From the NCBI GenBank assembly GCA_045803545.1, contig JBJMOW010000005.1, forward strand, positions 1,152,001 to 1,216,000: a stretch of DNA of 64,000 nt, read 5' to 3'. The stretch comes from Gemmatimonadaceae bacterium. GTDB lineage: Bacteria > Gemmatimonadota > Gemmatimonadetes > Gemmatimonadales > Gemmatimonadaceae. The notes under the pieces were generated by a model. That model was not told where the DNA came from. It did no database searches and saw only the letters and a list, made by a program, of their open reading frames with translations. Positions 1 through 8,378 of the stretch are shown piece by piece. The stretch's first letter is position 1. Each line of letters begins with the position of its first letter. Both the position numbers and the translations under genes were made by a program.

Positions 1-85
1 TGCAGACATAACAAGCTTGAAAAGGTCCGGTTTCAGCACCCCCTTGCTCGCGCCGGCACCATCAAATTCTCGGAGAAAAAACACA

Positions 86-622
86 ATGAAGGCGACCCGT
101 TACCTGGCCGCGATGGTGCTTGTCACTGCCATCGGCGCAACCCAGGCCAGTGCGCAGTGCAGCGGCAACGCTGGTAGCTGCAATACCACCAACACCGCGT
201 CGGTCACAGTCGGCGCACTCGTCAAGCTCGGCATGAGCTCGGCGACCACCACGCTGACGAATCCGACCGCGGATGATGTCGACAACGGCGCGACGATAGC
301 TGACCTTGGCCCGACCTTCACCGTCAAGGCGAACAGAAGTTGGACCCTCAAGATCAAGTCACAGAACGCAACGAACTGGACGTACGTCGGCAGTAATGCC
401 GGTGTGAAGCCGATCGGCGACCTCGCGTGGTCGACGGCTGCTAATGGCACTTTCGCCGCGATCAGCGGCAGCGATGCGACCGTTACTACTGGAGCGGGCG
501 CGAGCAACGGTGCACCAGCCGCGGTTTTCTTCCGTACGAGCTGGTTGAATGACTTCACGAGCGCAAGCAATGCTCCTGGTACCTACAGCTTGCCGATCGT
601 TTTCACCCTTACTGCTCCGTAA
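86..622 (+). CDS. Secreted pilin-like subunit (chaperone-usher/Csu-like), paralog A
   Basis: ATG 86 after GGAG; signal peptide ending ASA-Q; QCxxxxxC N-terminus; Thr/Ser/Ala-rich beta protein; C-terminal PGTYSLPIVFTLTAP; paralogous to 1512 and 5202. Confidence 0.7.
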   Translation: MKATRYLAAMVLVTAIGATQASAQCSGNAGSCNTTNTASVTVGALVKLGMSSATTTLTNPTADDVDNGATIADLGPTFTVKANRSWTLKIKSQNATNWTYVGSNAGVKPIGDLAWSTAANGTFAAISGSDATVTTGAGASNGAPAAVFFRTSWLNDFTSASNAPGTYSLPIVFTLTAP

Positions 623-626
623 TCCG

Positions 627-1505
627 ATGCAGAATTCTGGCTCTCGCTCGCCCGCAAGGGCGGGCGTAGAGCGCAGAGGGCGAGTACGGCGTACCGTGCT
701 CGCCCTCTGCGCTGTAGGGGCGGTGGTTTCGCGGCCCGTCGCGGCACAACTGCTCGTCGATCCGCTCGAGGTGTCGATCCTCGCGGCGGGAACCGATCGC
801 GTTGCCGCGAGCTTCTCGCTCACGAATACGTCCGACGCGGCCGTCCAGGCGACGATTTCGCGCTCCGACTGGGACCGCCTGGAGAATGGCGACAACCGCT
901 TTCTCGCCGCCGGCTCGACTGGCAACTCGTGCGGACAGATGCTGAGCGTCTCGCCGCTCTCAGTGCGCATCGAGCCGCACGCATCCCGGGTCGTGAGACT
1001 CGGCGTGCAGACAAACGCAGCGCTCAGCCGCGAATGCTGGAACATCGTGTTCGTCGAGGAAGTCCCTCAGCGCCCGGCAGGCAAAGGCAATTCGCTCCAG
1101 TACATCTTCCGCACCGGCGTGAAAGTCTACGTCGCGCCACCGGGACTTCCGCGCGATGGCGGCATCGAGAACATGGAAATCGTCGATGCGGTCACGAAGC
1201 CTGCCAACGCAGCTCGCCCGGCGAGCACTGCATCCATCGCGGCGAAGAAACAGGTTGCCATCCGATTCCACAATACCGGCGGCGCCCACCTGGTCGCGAA
1301 AGGCCACCTCGAGTTCCGCCGCCTCGATAACTCCTTGGCGCGAGAAGTTCCGGTCGAAGAGTTCCCGACTCTTCCGGGCGCCACGCGACGTATTCTCGTC
1401 GATATTCCGGCCGATCTCGCAGCCGGCGATTACGTGGTGTTGGCTCTCATCGATTTTGGGGGCGCGGAGCTTGTCGCCGGCCAGATCGATTACCAGGCGA
1501 AATAG
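627..1505 (+). CDS. PapD-like pilus assembly chaperone
   Basis: Signal peptide ending VAA-Q; motifs VDPLEV, LTNTSD, SVSPLSVRIEP..SRVVRL, VFVEEVP, VKVYVAP, FHNTG typical of two-Ig-domain chaperones; start uncertain. Confidence 0.7.
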   Translation: MQNSGSRSPARAGVERRGRVRRTVLALCAVGAVVSRPVAAQLLVDPLEVSILAAGTDRVAASFSLTNTSDAAVQATISRSDWDRLENGDNRFLAAGSTGNSCGQMLSVSPLSVRIEPHASRVVRLGVQTNAALSRECWNIVFVEEVPQRPAGKGNSLQYIFRTGVKVYVAPPGLPRDGGIENMEIVDAVTKPANAARPASTASIAAKKQVAIRFHNTGGAHLVAKGHLEFRRLDNSLAREVPVEEFPTLPGATRRILVDIPADLAAGDYVVLALIDFGGAELVAGQIDYQAK

Positions 1506-1511
1506 CAGCCA

Positions 1512-2006
1512 ATGCGCATCGCGCGGACGCTTCGTGGCGTCAGCACCAGCGTCGCAATGGCGCTGGTGGTCATCGCCGCGCCTGCGCGAGCGCAAAATCC
1601 TAAAACCGATCTGACGCTCGGTGGCGGCACCGTCACGTTCCCGGCGCCGACAGCAACTGATTACATCAACGGCTACGTCTACTCGGCGAGCGGTGTCAGC
1701 TATACGATTGACGCGACAAACGGAGCCGCGTCGCACACAGCCACGATTTCGTTCCGCGCGACGTCGGCAAACCTGGGCGGCGCCAAGCCACTAACGGATC
1801 TGGAGTGGCGGCGCTCTGACCTCGCGACGTGGAATCCGATAGCGAGCACCAATACCCAGGTGGAGCAGAAGATCATGGTTCGCGGCCTGCTCAACGACCC
1901 GTGGAGCAACACGATCTTTTTCCGCATGAAGTTGAGCTGGACCGCTGACCCACCGGCAACGTACGCCGCAAACTATCAGGTCACGCTATCACAAACAGTA
2001 CCGTGA
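1512..2006 (+). CDS. Secreted pilin-like subunit, paralog B
   Basis: Signal peptide ARA-Q; shares PTAxD, KPxxDLxW and PxxY..TL motifs with 86 and 5202; no Cys. Confidence 0.65.
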   Translation: MRIARTLRGVSTSVAMALVVIAAPARAQNPKTDLTLGGGTVTFPAPTATDYINGYVYSASGVSYTIDATNGAASHTATISFRATSANLGGAKPLTDLEWRRSDLATWNPIASTNTQVEQKIMVRGLLNDPWSNTIFFRMKLSWTADPPATYAANYQVTLSQTVP

Positions 2007-4786
2007 CGCGCGCGATGCAGCGTCGCGCTGCGCTGGTTGTGGCGGTATTGCTTCTGAGCGTATCAGGGGAGATATCCGCGCAAAGCGTTGTCGGTGCAGG
2101 TATGCCGAGTGGAAACGCGGCTGTCTCGCCGGTGAGCCGGACTGAATCTGGAAGCGCTGATATCGAGATCGCGCTGGCATCCGTCATTGTGACCGGCGCA
2201 CCGCGCAGCTACCAGGTCGTATCCGTGCCAGTCCCTGAGGCCATGGCTCAGTTGTCCGACGTACAGCTGGTGATCATCCCGCGCGGCGAATTCGTCGTAC
2301 TTGGGCCACGCAGCCGCGATCTCAATCCGCGCGGGGAACGAAAGGCGAAAATGGCAGTCACGATCGGCATTCCAGCGAGTGCACTCGCCGGACGTGTCGT
2401 CGCCGCCGAAGCGCGGTTCTCTGCCCTTGGCTCACCAACGCTCGTCGTGCCAATCGAAGTCGACGTCAGTCTCGTGCGGAAGGTTCTCCTGCGTGGAGGC
2501 AAAGCGTCGCTGAATGCGCAAGCCGGAAGCGATGTAATTCTCCCTCTGGAGATCGTCAATGCCGGCAATGCAGTCGAGACGATCCGTCCCCAGCTCGATC
2601 TGCCGACAGGCTGGGCGCTGCGAGAAGTTCACCAGGCCTCGCTCGTTCTCTCGCCGGGCGAAACCAACAAGCGTCGGATTCGACTTAAGGTCCCGTCCTT
2701 GTCGAGCACCGGCTCCTCCTTCGTTTACGTGATTCTGCTCGGTGGTCGCGACACCCTCGCCGCTGAGACGATGACCGTGGAGGTGTTCAATTCGAGCACC
2801 ATCGGCCGAGAGTCAGGCCCGCTGATCACCTCCGCGGTGTCGCAGGCAATTGACGAAAACGGTCGACCAAACCGGCTGCTCAGTCTGAGCGCAACGGGTG
2901 CGTTGTTCGATTCTGTGCACGTCGACGCCCGCATGTCACAGGGATCAGCGCTTGGCGGCGCGGCGAGTAATGCGTTCGCGCACCTCGGCACTTACCAATC
3001 ATCCGCCTCGGTCAACTTCACGGCGCCATCCGCCCAGCTCAGTCTTGGCAATACCGGCACCTCCTTCTCGGATGTGACTGGTCTGTACCCCTACGGCCAG
3101 GGTTTACTGCTTCATCTCCAGCATCCGTCGTGGAGTGTGCTCGGCTTCGGCGCCGCCTCGATGAGCCAGCCTGCTTTTCCACACCGCAAGCCAATGGTTG
3201 GACTGCGCGCCGAGCGACAGGTCGGAGTCGCGCAGCTAAATGCGTCGGTGACCCATCTCGAGGATGCAGGCCCGTCACCTAGAAAACTCGACGCCGCAGG
3301 GATTGGCGCCGCTGTTCCCGTCGTTCTCGGCAGCACCCTCAAGGCGGAAGTAGCCGAACGCCGGTTCGATGGCGGCGATGGGATTGGCTGGTCCAGCGAG
3401 TTGGAGCGAATCGCGGGTGAAGGAAACGAGCAGCTGCGAGTGACGCACGCACCGGGCGGCAGCGACGCGTTTGCACGCGCGACGAATGAAGTGGTTGCCA
3501 ACCTCTCCGAGCGAGTGTCGTCACGTGGTTTGCTGAGCGCAAGCGCGTGGCGCACGACTGACGCGACCTCGGTCTTCAGCGGACTCAAGTCGAACGGTCT
3601 TTCTTTACGGCCTCAGTTTACGGTGATTGGTGGAACCACCGTGGCGCTCGAGGCACGAAGCTACGAATTCAACGCAGACTCGCGCTCCATCGCAGCGGGA
3701 CAGGGTGGCGCTTTCGGCAGCAAAGAGCAGCAGCTCGGAATTGGCGTGAGCAGCTACCTGAGCCAGTACTACATCAACACGTCTGCTTATCTCGGCAACG
3801 TCACTCGCACAGTCACGCCGCTCGGACTGGCCATGGTTACCGATCGCACCCCGCGGAATTACTGGACGACCAATGCTGGTTGGTCCGGCGCTGGCGGCGT
3901 TCTCGAGCTGCAGCTGCGAATGGAGCAGACGCGCGATCGCGGCGGTTTCGTCAATCAGCAGAGTCTGTTTGGAATACGCGGCGAGCAAGTCGTGATGCCC
4001 TGGTTGGGCGGAGTCCGCGGGGAAGGCGAGCTGCAGCGCGTCAACGGATTCGGTGACGAGAAGTCTTCGATCATTCGCGCCGGTCTGGCGGTTCCGATCG
4101 TGAGTGGATTCGCCATCAAGATCGACGCTGAACGGAATTCAATTTTCCACTCGACGAGCGGCAAGGTGCCGTGGGTCCTTGGCGTTCGCTTCGAGCACGC
4201 GCTGGTGGTGCCAATGCTGCGCACGCCGGGCACCACCGGGCATGTCTATCAGGATCTCAACGGCAATCAGCGCCGTGACGACGGCGAGCCAGGCGTCGCT
4301 GGAGCGGTTGTGCGGCGTGGCGGCGAGTCAGCCACTGCCGATGCTAACGGCAAATACCATTTGGGCGGCGACACCAGGCAGCCCATCACAATCGACGAAG
4401 CTTCGTTGCCGGATGGCTGGTCGCCGATCGGCGCACCGCGAGGTGACCTCGGAGTGACATTGTCGACTTCCGCGGAAGTTGAGCTGGTGGTCGCACCACG
4501 CTCCGGAATCGCGGTAGTACAAATAGATCTGAGCAAGGCACGCGTGATCGCGCGCGACAGCGCTGGACGTGAGTGGGTGGCCGTGATGACAGGACCGACG
4601 ACTGCCACGTTCCAATCTCTCCCGGTCGGCACGTACCAATTGGACTTTGATTTGTCCGATGTCAGTGAGCCACTGGTTGCGCGCGCCCCGATCCCACCGT
4701 TGCTCATCGCCGGCAAGGAATCCAAGTCGATCACGATCACGCTCGACCCACGCCCGATCCGGATGTGGAACGGAAAGTCCCGATGA
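2003..4786 (+). CDS. Large exported usher-like/outer-membrane protein with Ig-like and SdrD-B-like domains
   Basis: 927 aa; signal peptide; NAGN..LPTGW Ig-like segment; long amphipathic beta-strand core; GHVYQDLNGNQRRDDGEPG motif; GTGA overlap with upstream gene. Confidence 0.55.
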   Translation: MTRAMQRRAALVVAVLLLSVSGEISAQSVVGAGMPSGNAAVSPVSRTESGSADIEIALASVIVTGAPRSYQVVSVPVPEAMAQLSDVQLVIIPRGEFVVLGPRSRDLNPRGERKAKMAVTIGIPASALAGRVVAAEARFSALGSPTLVVPIEVDVSLVRKVLLRGGKASLNAQAGSDVILPLEIVNAGNAVETIRPQLDLPTGWALREVHQASLVLSPGETNKRRIRLKVPSLSSTGSSFVYVILLGGRDTLAAETMTVEVFNSSTIGRESGPLITSAVSQAIDENGRPNRLLSLSATGALFDSVHVDARMSQGSALGGAASNAFAHLGTYQSSASVNFTAPSAQLSLGNTGTSFSDVTGLYPYGQGLLLHLQHPSWSVLGFGAASMSQPAFPHRKPMVGLRAERQVGVAQLNASVTHLEDAGPSPRKLDAAGIGAAVPVVLGSTLKAEVAERRFDGGDGIGWSSELERIAGEGNEQLRVTHAPGGSDAFARATNEVVANLSERVSSRGLLSASAWRTTDATSVFSGLKSNGLSLRPQFTVIGGTTVALEARSYEFNADSRSIAAGQGGAFGSKEQQLGIGVSSYLSQYYINTSAYLGNVTRTVTPLGLAMVTDRTPRNYWTTNAGWSGAGGVLELQLRMEQTRDRGGFVNQQSLFGIRGEQVVMPWLGGVRGEGELQRVNGFGDEKSSIIRAGLAVPIVSGFAIKIDAERNSIFHSTSGKVPWVLGVRFEHALVVPMLRTPGTTGHVYQDLNGNQRRDDGEPGVAGAVVRRGGESATADANGKYHLGGDTRQPITIDEASLPDGWSPIGAPRGDLGVTLSTSAEVELVVAPRSGIAVVQIDLSKARVIARDSAGREWVAVMTGPTTATFQSLPVGTYQLDFDLSDVSEPLVARAPIPPLLIAGKESKSITITLDPRPIRMWNGKSR

Positions 4787-5205
4787 CGCGTCTCTTCCTG
4801 ATGGTGCTACTGCTTTCGGCATCGGCGTGTCTCAAATCCACCGAGCCGCAGCCGTCGTTGCTGCAGTTGAACGGGACTTGGAACTACACCGGCGTCCAAA
4901 CGTCTCCCACTCGCGAGAATCTGTCGGGGACCCTGACAGTGTCGCGTGAGTCAGGAACGAGCTTTCAGGGAAGGCTCGATCTGGTGGCCACGAACACACA
5001 GAGCGGCCAAAGCACGGTAATGGGAGGATTGGTAAGCGGCGCGGAGAGTGACGGCAGCGTGATCGACTTCGATGCAGATCTCGAATCGACACCGAGGCGA
5101 CACGTCGGCCAGTTAGTGGCCGATACTATTTCCGGTACCTGGGTCGGCACGTCATCGGGTGGGCCGATGGCGACGGGCACATTTAGAGTCGAGCGTCAGC
5201 GATGA
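4783..5205 (+). CDS. Hypothetical lipoprotein (small beta-rich)
   Basis: ATGA overlap; lipobox-like LSASA-C; LNGTWNY and ISGTW motifs. Confidence 0.65.
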   Translation: MTRLFLMVLLLSASACLKSTEPQPSLLQLNGTWNYTGVQTSPTRENLSGTLTVSRESGTSFQGRLDLVATNTQSGQSTVMGGLVSGAESDGSVIDFDADLESTPRRHVGQLVADTISGTWVGTSSGGPMATGTFRVERQR

Positions 5206-5738
5206 GAAGATTGCGGACTATCGTAATTACGATTGCGCTCGTCGGTGTTGCGGCGGGTTCCGCGGACGCTCAATGCACTGCGTCGGGCGCGCCGGCGAAT
5301 TGCAGCCAAGCTGGAAGCGTGACCATGACAGCCGGTCGCGTCGTACGCCTGCAGATGAGCGCCGGATCGACCTCGCTCACCGCCCCGACGACGGCCGACT
5401 TCGATGCCGGGTTCAACTCGTCCACCGGTCCGACGTTGACTGTTAGCGCCAATGCGGCCTGGACGCTCAACATTCGCGCGGCGTCGGCAGACTGGACCGG
5501 CACCAATACCACGACCGGTGTGGCTGCGCGCATCAACAAGCCGGCGGGCGATCTAAAGTGGAGCATTTCGAGCGGCGGGATTTTCAGCGCTTTGAGCGCA
5601 ACAGACGCCAGCTTGGTGAATGGGAGCGCCACGGCGAACAGCGCGACCACGCTCTACTTCCAGACCGCCTACGACTGGGCTTTGGACACGCCAGGCAACT
5701 ACAGCCTGTCCATCGTTCTGACACTGACCTCCCCTTGA
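5202..5738 (+). CDS. Secreted pilin-like subunit, paralog C
   Basis: Signal peptide ADA-Q; QCx7C; GPTLTVSANAAWTL, KPAGDLKWS and PGNYSLSIVLTLTSP match paralog A. Confidence 0.7.
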   Translation: MRRLRTIVITIALVGVAAGSADAQCTASGAPANCSQAGSVTMTAGRVVRLQMSAGSTSLTAPTTADFDAGFNSSTGPTLTVSANAAWTLNIRAASADWTGTNTTTGVAARINKPAGDLKWSISSGGIFSALSATDASLVNGSATANSATTLYFQTAYDWALDTPGNYSLSIVLTLTSP

Positions 5739-5893
5739 CTGCTACGTACTTACCCCTAGTTCCTGTCAGTTAGAGCAGGTTTGTCGGTTGCAGTTTGCAA
5801 AGATCAGCGCAAAAGGCGAGTTGGGGTGCCTTGTTAGTCCACTGGAATCAGGGTTTACGCCGGCCATTAACGAGTTAACCCGGCCGTTGCCCG

Positions 5894-5908
5894 TGGAACT
5901 GGCCCTGC
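5894..5908 (+). promoter_or_regulatory. Putative sigma-54 (-24/-12) promoter of type IV pilin
   Basis: TGGAAC-TGGCC-CTGC with exact GG-N10-GC spacing, ~65 nt upstream of pilin ATG. Confidence 0.5.
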
Positions 5909-5971
5909 GTCTTTTGCTTGCACGCGGCTTACAAGACCGCTGGCAACCTAAAACCGCTCCAGGAGATCTAA

Positions 5972-6340
5972 ATGTCGTTCAACAAGAAAGGTTTCACGCT
6001 GATCGAGCTCCTGATCGTGGTCGTCATTATCGGTATTCTTGCCGCGATCGCGATTCCGAAGTTCGCCAACACGAAGGACAAGGCTTACGTCGCTGCGATG
6101 AAGTCGGACCTTCGTAACGTTGCTACGTATGAAGAGCAGTATGCCGCTGACAACCAGGGTGCGTACTTCTCGGGAACCGCGACGTCTGCGGCTCCGCTGC
6201 AGGGCTTCACGCCTTCGCAGAACGTCACGATCGTCGTGACCGCAGTTGCCGGCCCGCCTCCGTCATGGAGCGCGACCGCGACGCACTCGCAGTCAGCTAA
6301 GACCTGCGATATGACCAACGGTGTTATTACCTGCACCTGA
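5972..6340 (+). CDS. pilA: Type IV pilin (class III signal peptide)
   Basis: KKG|FTLIELLIVVVIIGILAAIAIPKF; C-terminal Cys pair; AGGAG RBS; own terminator. Confidence 0.85.
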   Translation: MSFNKKGFTLIELLIVVVIIGILAAIAIPKFANTKDKAYVAAMKSDLRNVATYEEQYAADNQGAYFSGTATSAAPLQGFTPSQNVTIVVTAVAGPPPSWSATATHSQSAKTCDMTNGVITCT

Positions 6341-6360
6341 TCAACGGGTCTAGCGTAAGT

Positions 6361-6393
6361 GAAAAAGCCCGGGACTCTGTCCCGGGCTTTTTC
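6361..6393 (+). terminator. Intrinsic terminator (bidirectional-looking)
   Basis: GAAAAAGCCCGGGAC-TCT-GTCCCGGGCTTTTTC perfect 15-bp stem. Confidence 0.9.
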
Positions 6394-6475
6394 GTTTGCG
6401 GACTACCGGCGCAGATGAAATCAAGAACTGGCCGCTGGTACGCTCCCTGCCTAACATCCAATAGAATCTTCCCGG

Positions 6476-6862
6476 ATGGTGAGAATGGGCCTGCGCAATC
6501 TGTTCCCCGAATCGATCTTCGGCCGCAAACTGAATCCAAACGCCGAGCGTCGGCTGCGTCTGTCACAGGCACGCGCTGAAGAGACGATCATACGTGGTCA
6601 CGTCGACAACGCTCTCATGTTCGTCGACACCCTCGCCGAGGACCTCTCCTTCGATCGCGCGATCGACACCTACATTCGGGTGATGGGCATCCCCGAGCCG
6701 CTCGCGAGCACGGTCGCCACTCGCGCGTTGGTGCATCTCGGTCGCGATCTCGTTCCTTTCCGTCGCCGCATGCAGCGCGAGGGTGAGGACGCTGCTGCCG
6801 AGAACAAGCCTCGCTTGCGCCTTGACGAAGCGGCCCGGGCGGGGGATATCAAGCGAGCGTAG
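6476..6862 (+). CDS. Hypothetical helical protein
   Basis: 128-aa ORF with coding-like composition; alternative start 6485. Confidence 0.7.
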   Translation: MVRMGLRNLFPESIFGRKLNPNAERRLRLSQARAEETIIRGHVDNALMFVDTLAEDLSFDRAIDTYIRVMGIPEPLASTVATRALVHLGRDLVPFRRRMQREGEDAAAENKPRLRLDEAARAGDIKRA

Positions 6863-6887
6863 CGACTGCGGACTGAGGACTTTAGAA

Positions 6888-7070
6888 GCGAGCTACCGCG
6901 CTATTAGCTGATCGCAGCTCGCTGATGGCTAATCGCTGCCTGCGACGGGACAGACCTCCGTCGCATTCTTTCTCCAAAACTCGCTTTCCTCAGCATGGTC
7001 GCGATCTGTCTCGCTGTTGGAGCGATCAGCTACTAGCTAGCTGCTATCAGCTACCAGCGCGGTAGTTCGC
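6888..7070. repeat. Long palindromic intergenic element, copy 1
   Basis: Outer arms CTACCGCGCT/AGCGCGGTAG; nested arms; homologous to 26988-27161. Confidence 0.8.
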
Positions 7071-7073
7071 CGT

Positions 7074-7514
7074 TCACCCCGCAGCCGGGTCCGTTCTGTT
7101 GAACTCCCGCATATCCAGGACGCTGACGGCGAGTATGAGCGTCACGATCGCCGCCGACGTGACGCACCAGATGCATATCGCGTGTATCACACCCAGCTCG
7201 AGATAGGTCAGCCACGCAGAAAACAGAACCCCCACTACAGACTGGGCGACGAGCACGATCGAGAAGGCGCGCTCGTCCTCGAAGCGAGGAAAAGTGCTGA
7301 GCGTGGCGACGGCGAATACGTCCAGGTAGAACAACAAGCCCCAGGCGGCGACGGGCAGACCGAGGAAGCGCGACCATTTGCTGGTGTTCACCGTTTCGCA
7401 CGAGCCGATGCTGCAGCTCAACTCGCCGATGATCCCCATTTTGTAGAGCGTCAGGTAAAGACTGATAAAGATCCCGGCCAGCGCTAGCGCGGCCACGATC
7501 ATCCGCTTCGTCAC
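7074..7514 (-). CDS. Vitamin K epoxide reductase (VKOR) family protein
   Basis: CSIGSCETV..S..S motif, TM helices, CIWC motif. Confidence 0.9.
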   Translation of the reverse strand: MTKRMIVAALALAGIFISLYLTLYKMGIIGELSCSIGSCETVNTSKWSRFLGLPVAAWGLLFYLDVFAVATLSTFPRFEDERAFSIVLVAQSVVGVLFSAWLTYLELGVIHAICIWCVTSAAIVTLILAVSVLDMREFNRTDPAAG

Positions 7515-8308
7515 TTCGGCGCGGCTGGCGTGCTACTGGCGGCGGTCGTCCCGCCGGCTTTGGCGAGGGAGTCGACGATGCCTTTCAGCTCGTCGTAAGT
7601 GCGCATTCCTGGATAGAGCCGACCGCCGATGACGAACGTGGGCGTCGAATTCACTCCGCGCCGCAGGCCCTCCGCGAGATTGGCGGCGATTCGTTTCTGG
7701 AACTTACGCCCGTCAAAGCAGCTCTCCCATTTCGCGACATCCAGGTCTGCCTCGCCGGCGTAGCGCTTGAAAAATGCCTTGGGTGCGTCAGTTGCCTCGC
7801 CGTTCCACTCATCCTGTGCCTGGAATAGTCGGTCGTGCATCGGCCAGAACTTGCCCTGCGCATCCGCGCACGCAGCTGCATTGGAAGCCGCCACTGTGTT
7901 TCGATGCTGCGTTAGCGGAAAATCGTAAAAGGTCAGGTTGGCCAAACCGGCGTTGATGATCCTGGTTCGAACATCTGGTTCGGTGACCGTCGCCCAGCCG
8001 CCGCACGAAGGGCACTCGAAATCGGCAAATTCGACGATCTTTACCGGGGCATCGACTTTGCCTATGAGGTAGCCCTGCGCCGGACCGGCATTAGTAGTGT
8101 CCGTCGTATCGAGCGCTTGTTGCGATGATGATTTTGGCTTCGTTGCGACGTAACCGAGCGCTGCCACACCAACGAGTGCAATGAGGCCGAGCAGCCAGAT
8201 GAAGGCTTTTGGCCGGTTTGATTGACGATTGTTTCTGACGGTGTTTCTGGGAGGAGGGGGCGGCGGAGGTGCGTTGCCCCGTCTTGATGAGTCGTTGGTT
8301 GGCGACAT
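7511..8308 (-). CDS. DsbA-family thioredoxin-like protein
   Basis: N-terminal TM; EFADFECPSC; GVNSTPTF; overlaps VKOR start. Confidence 0.9.
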   Translation of the reverse strand: MSPTNDSSRRGNAPPPPPPPRNTVRNNRQSNRPKAFIWLLGLIALVGVAALGYVATKPKSSSQQALDTTDTTNAGPAQGYLIGKVDAPVKIVEFADFECPSCGGWATVTEPDVRTRIINAGLANLTFYDFPLTQHRNTVAASNAAACADAQGKFWPMHDRLFQAQDEWNGEATDAPKAFFKRYAGEADLDVAKWESCFDGRKFQKRIAANLAEGLRRGVNSTPTFVIGGRLYPGMRTYDELKGIVDSLAKAGGTTAASSTPAAPK

Positions 8309-8378
8309 CGTCGGATTATTTTCCTGTGCGTGAACGCTGAGAGCGTCGTTGCGCGAAAGCTAAAAGAGGGGTTTACAG

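Noticed and set aside
6943..7016. Hammerhead ribozyme in the repeat element (CTGAGGA...GAAA on minus strand)
   Set aside because: No stem II between CUGANGA and GAAA, and GAAA is not kept at that place in copy 2
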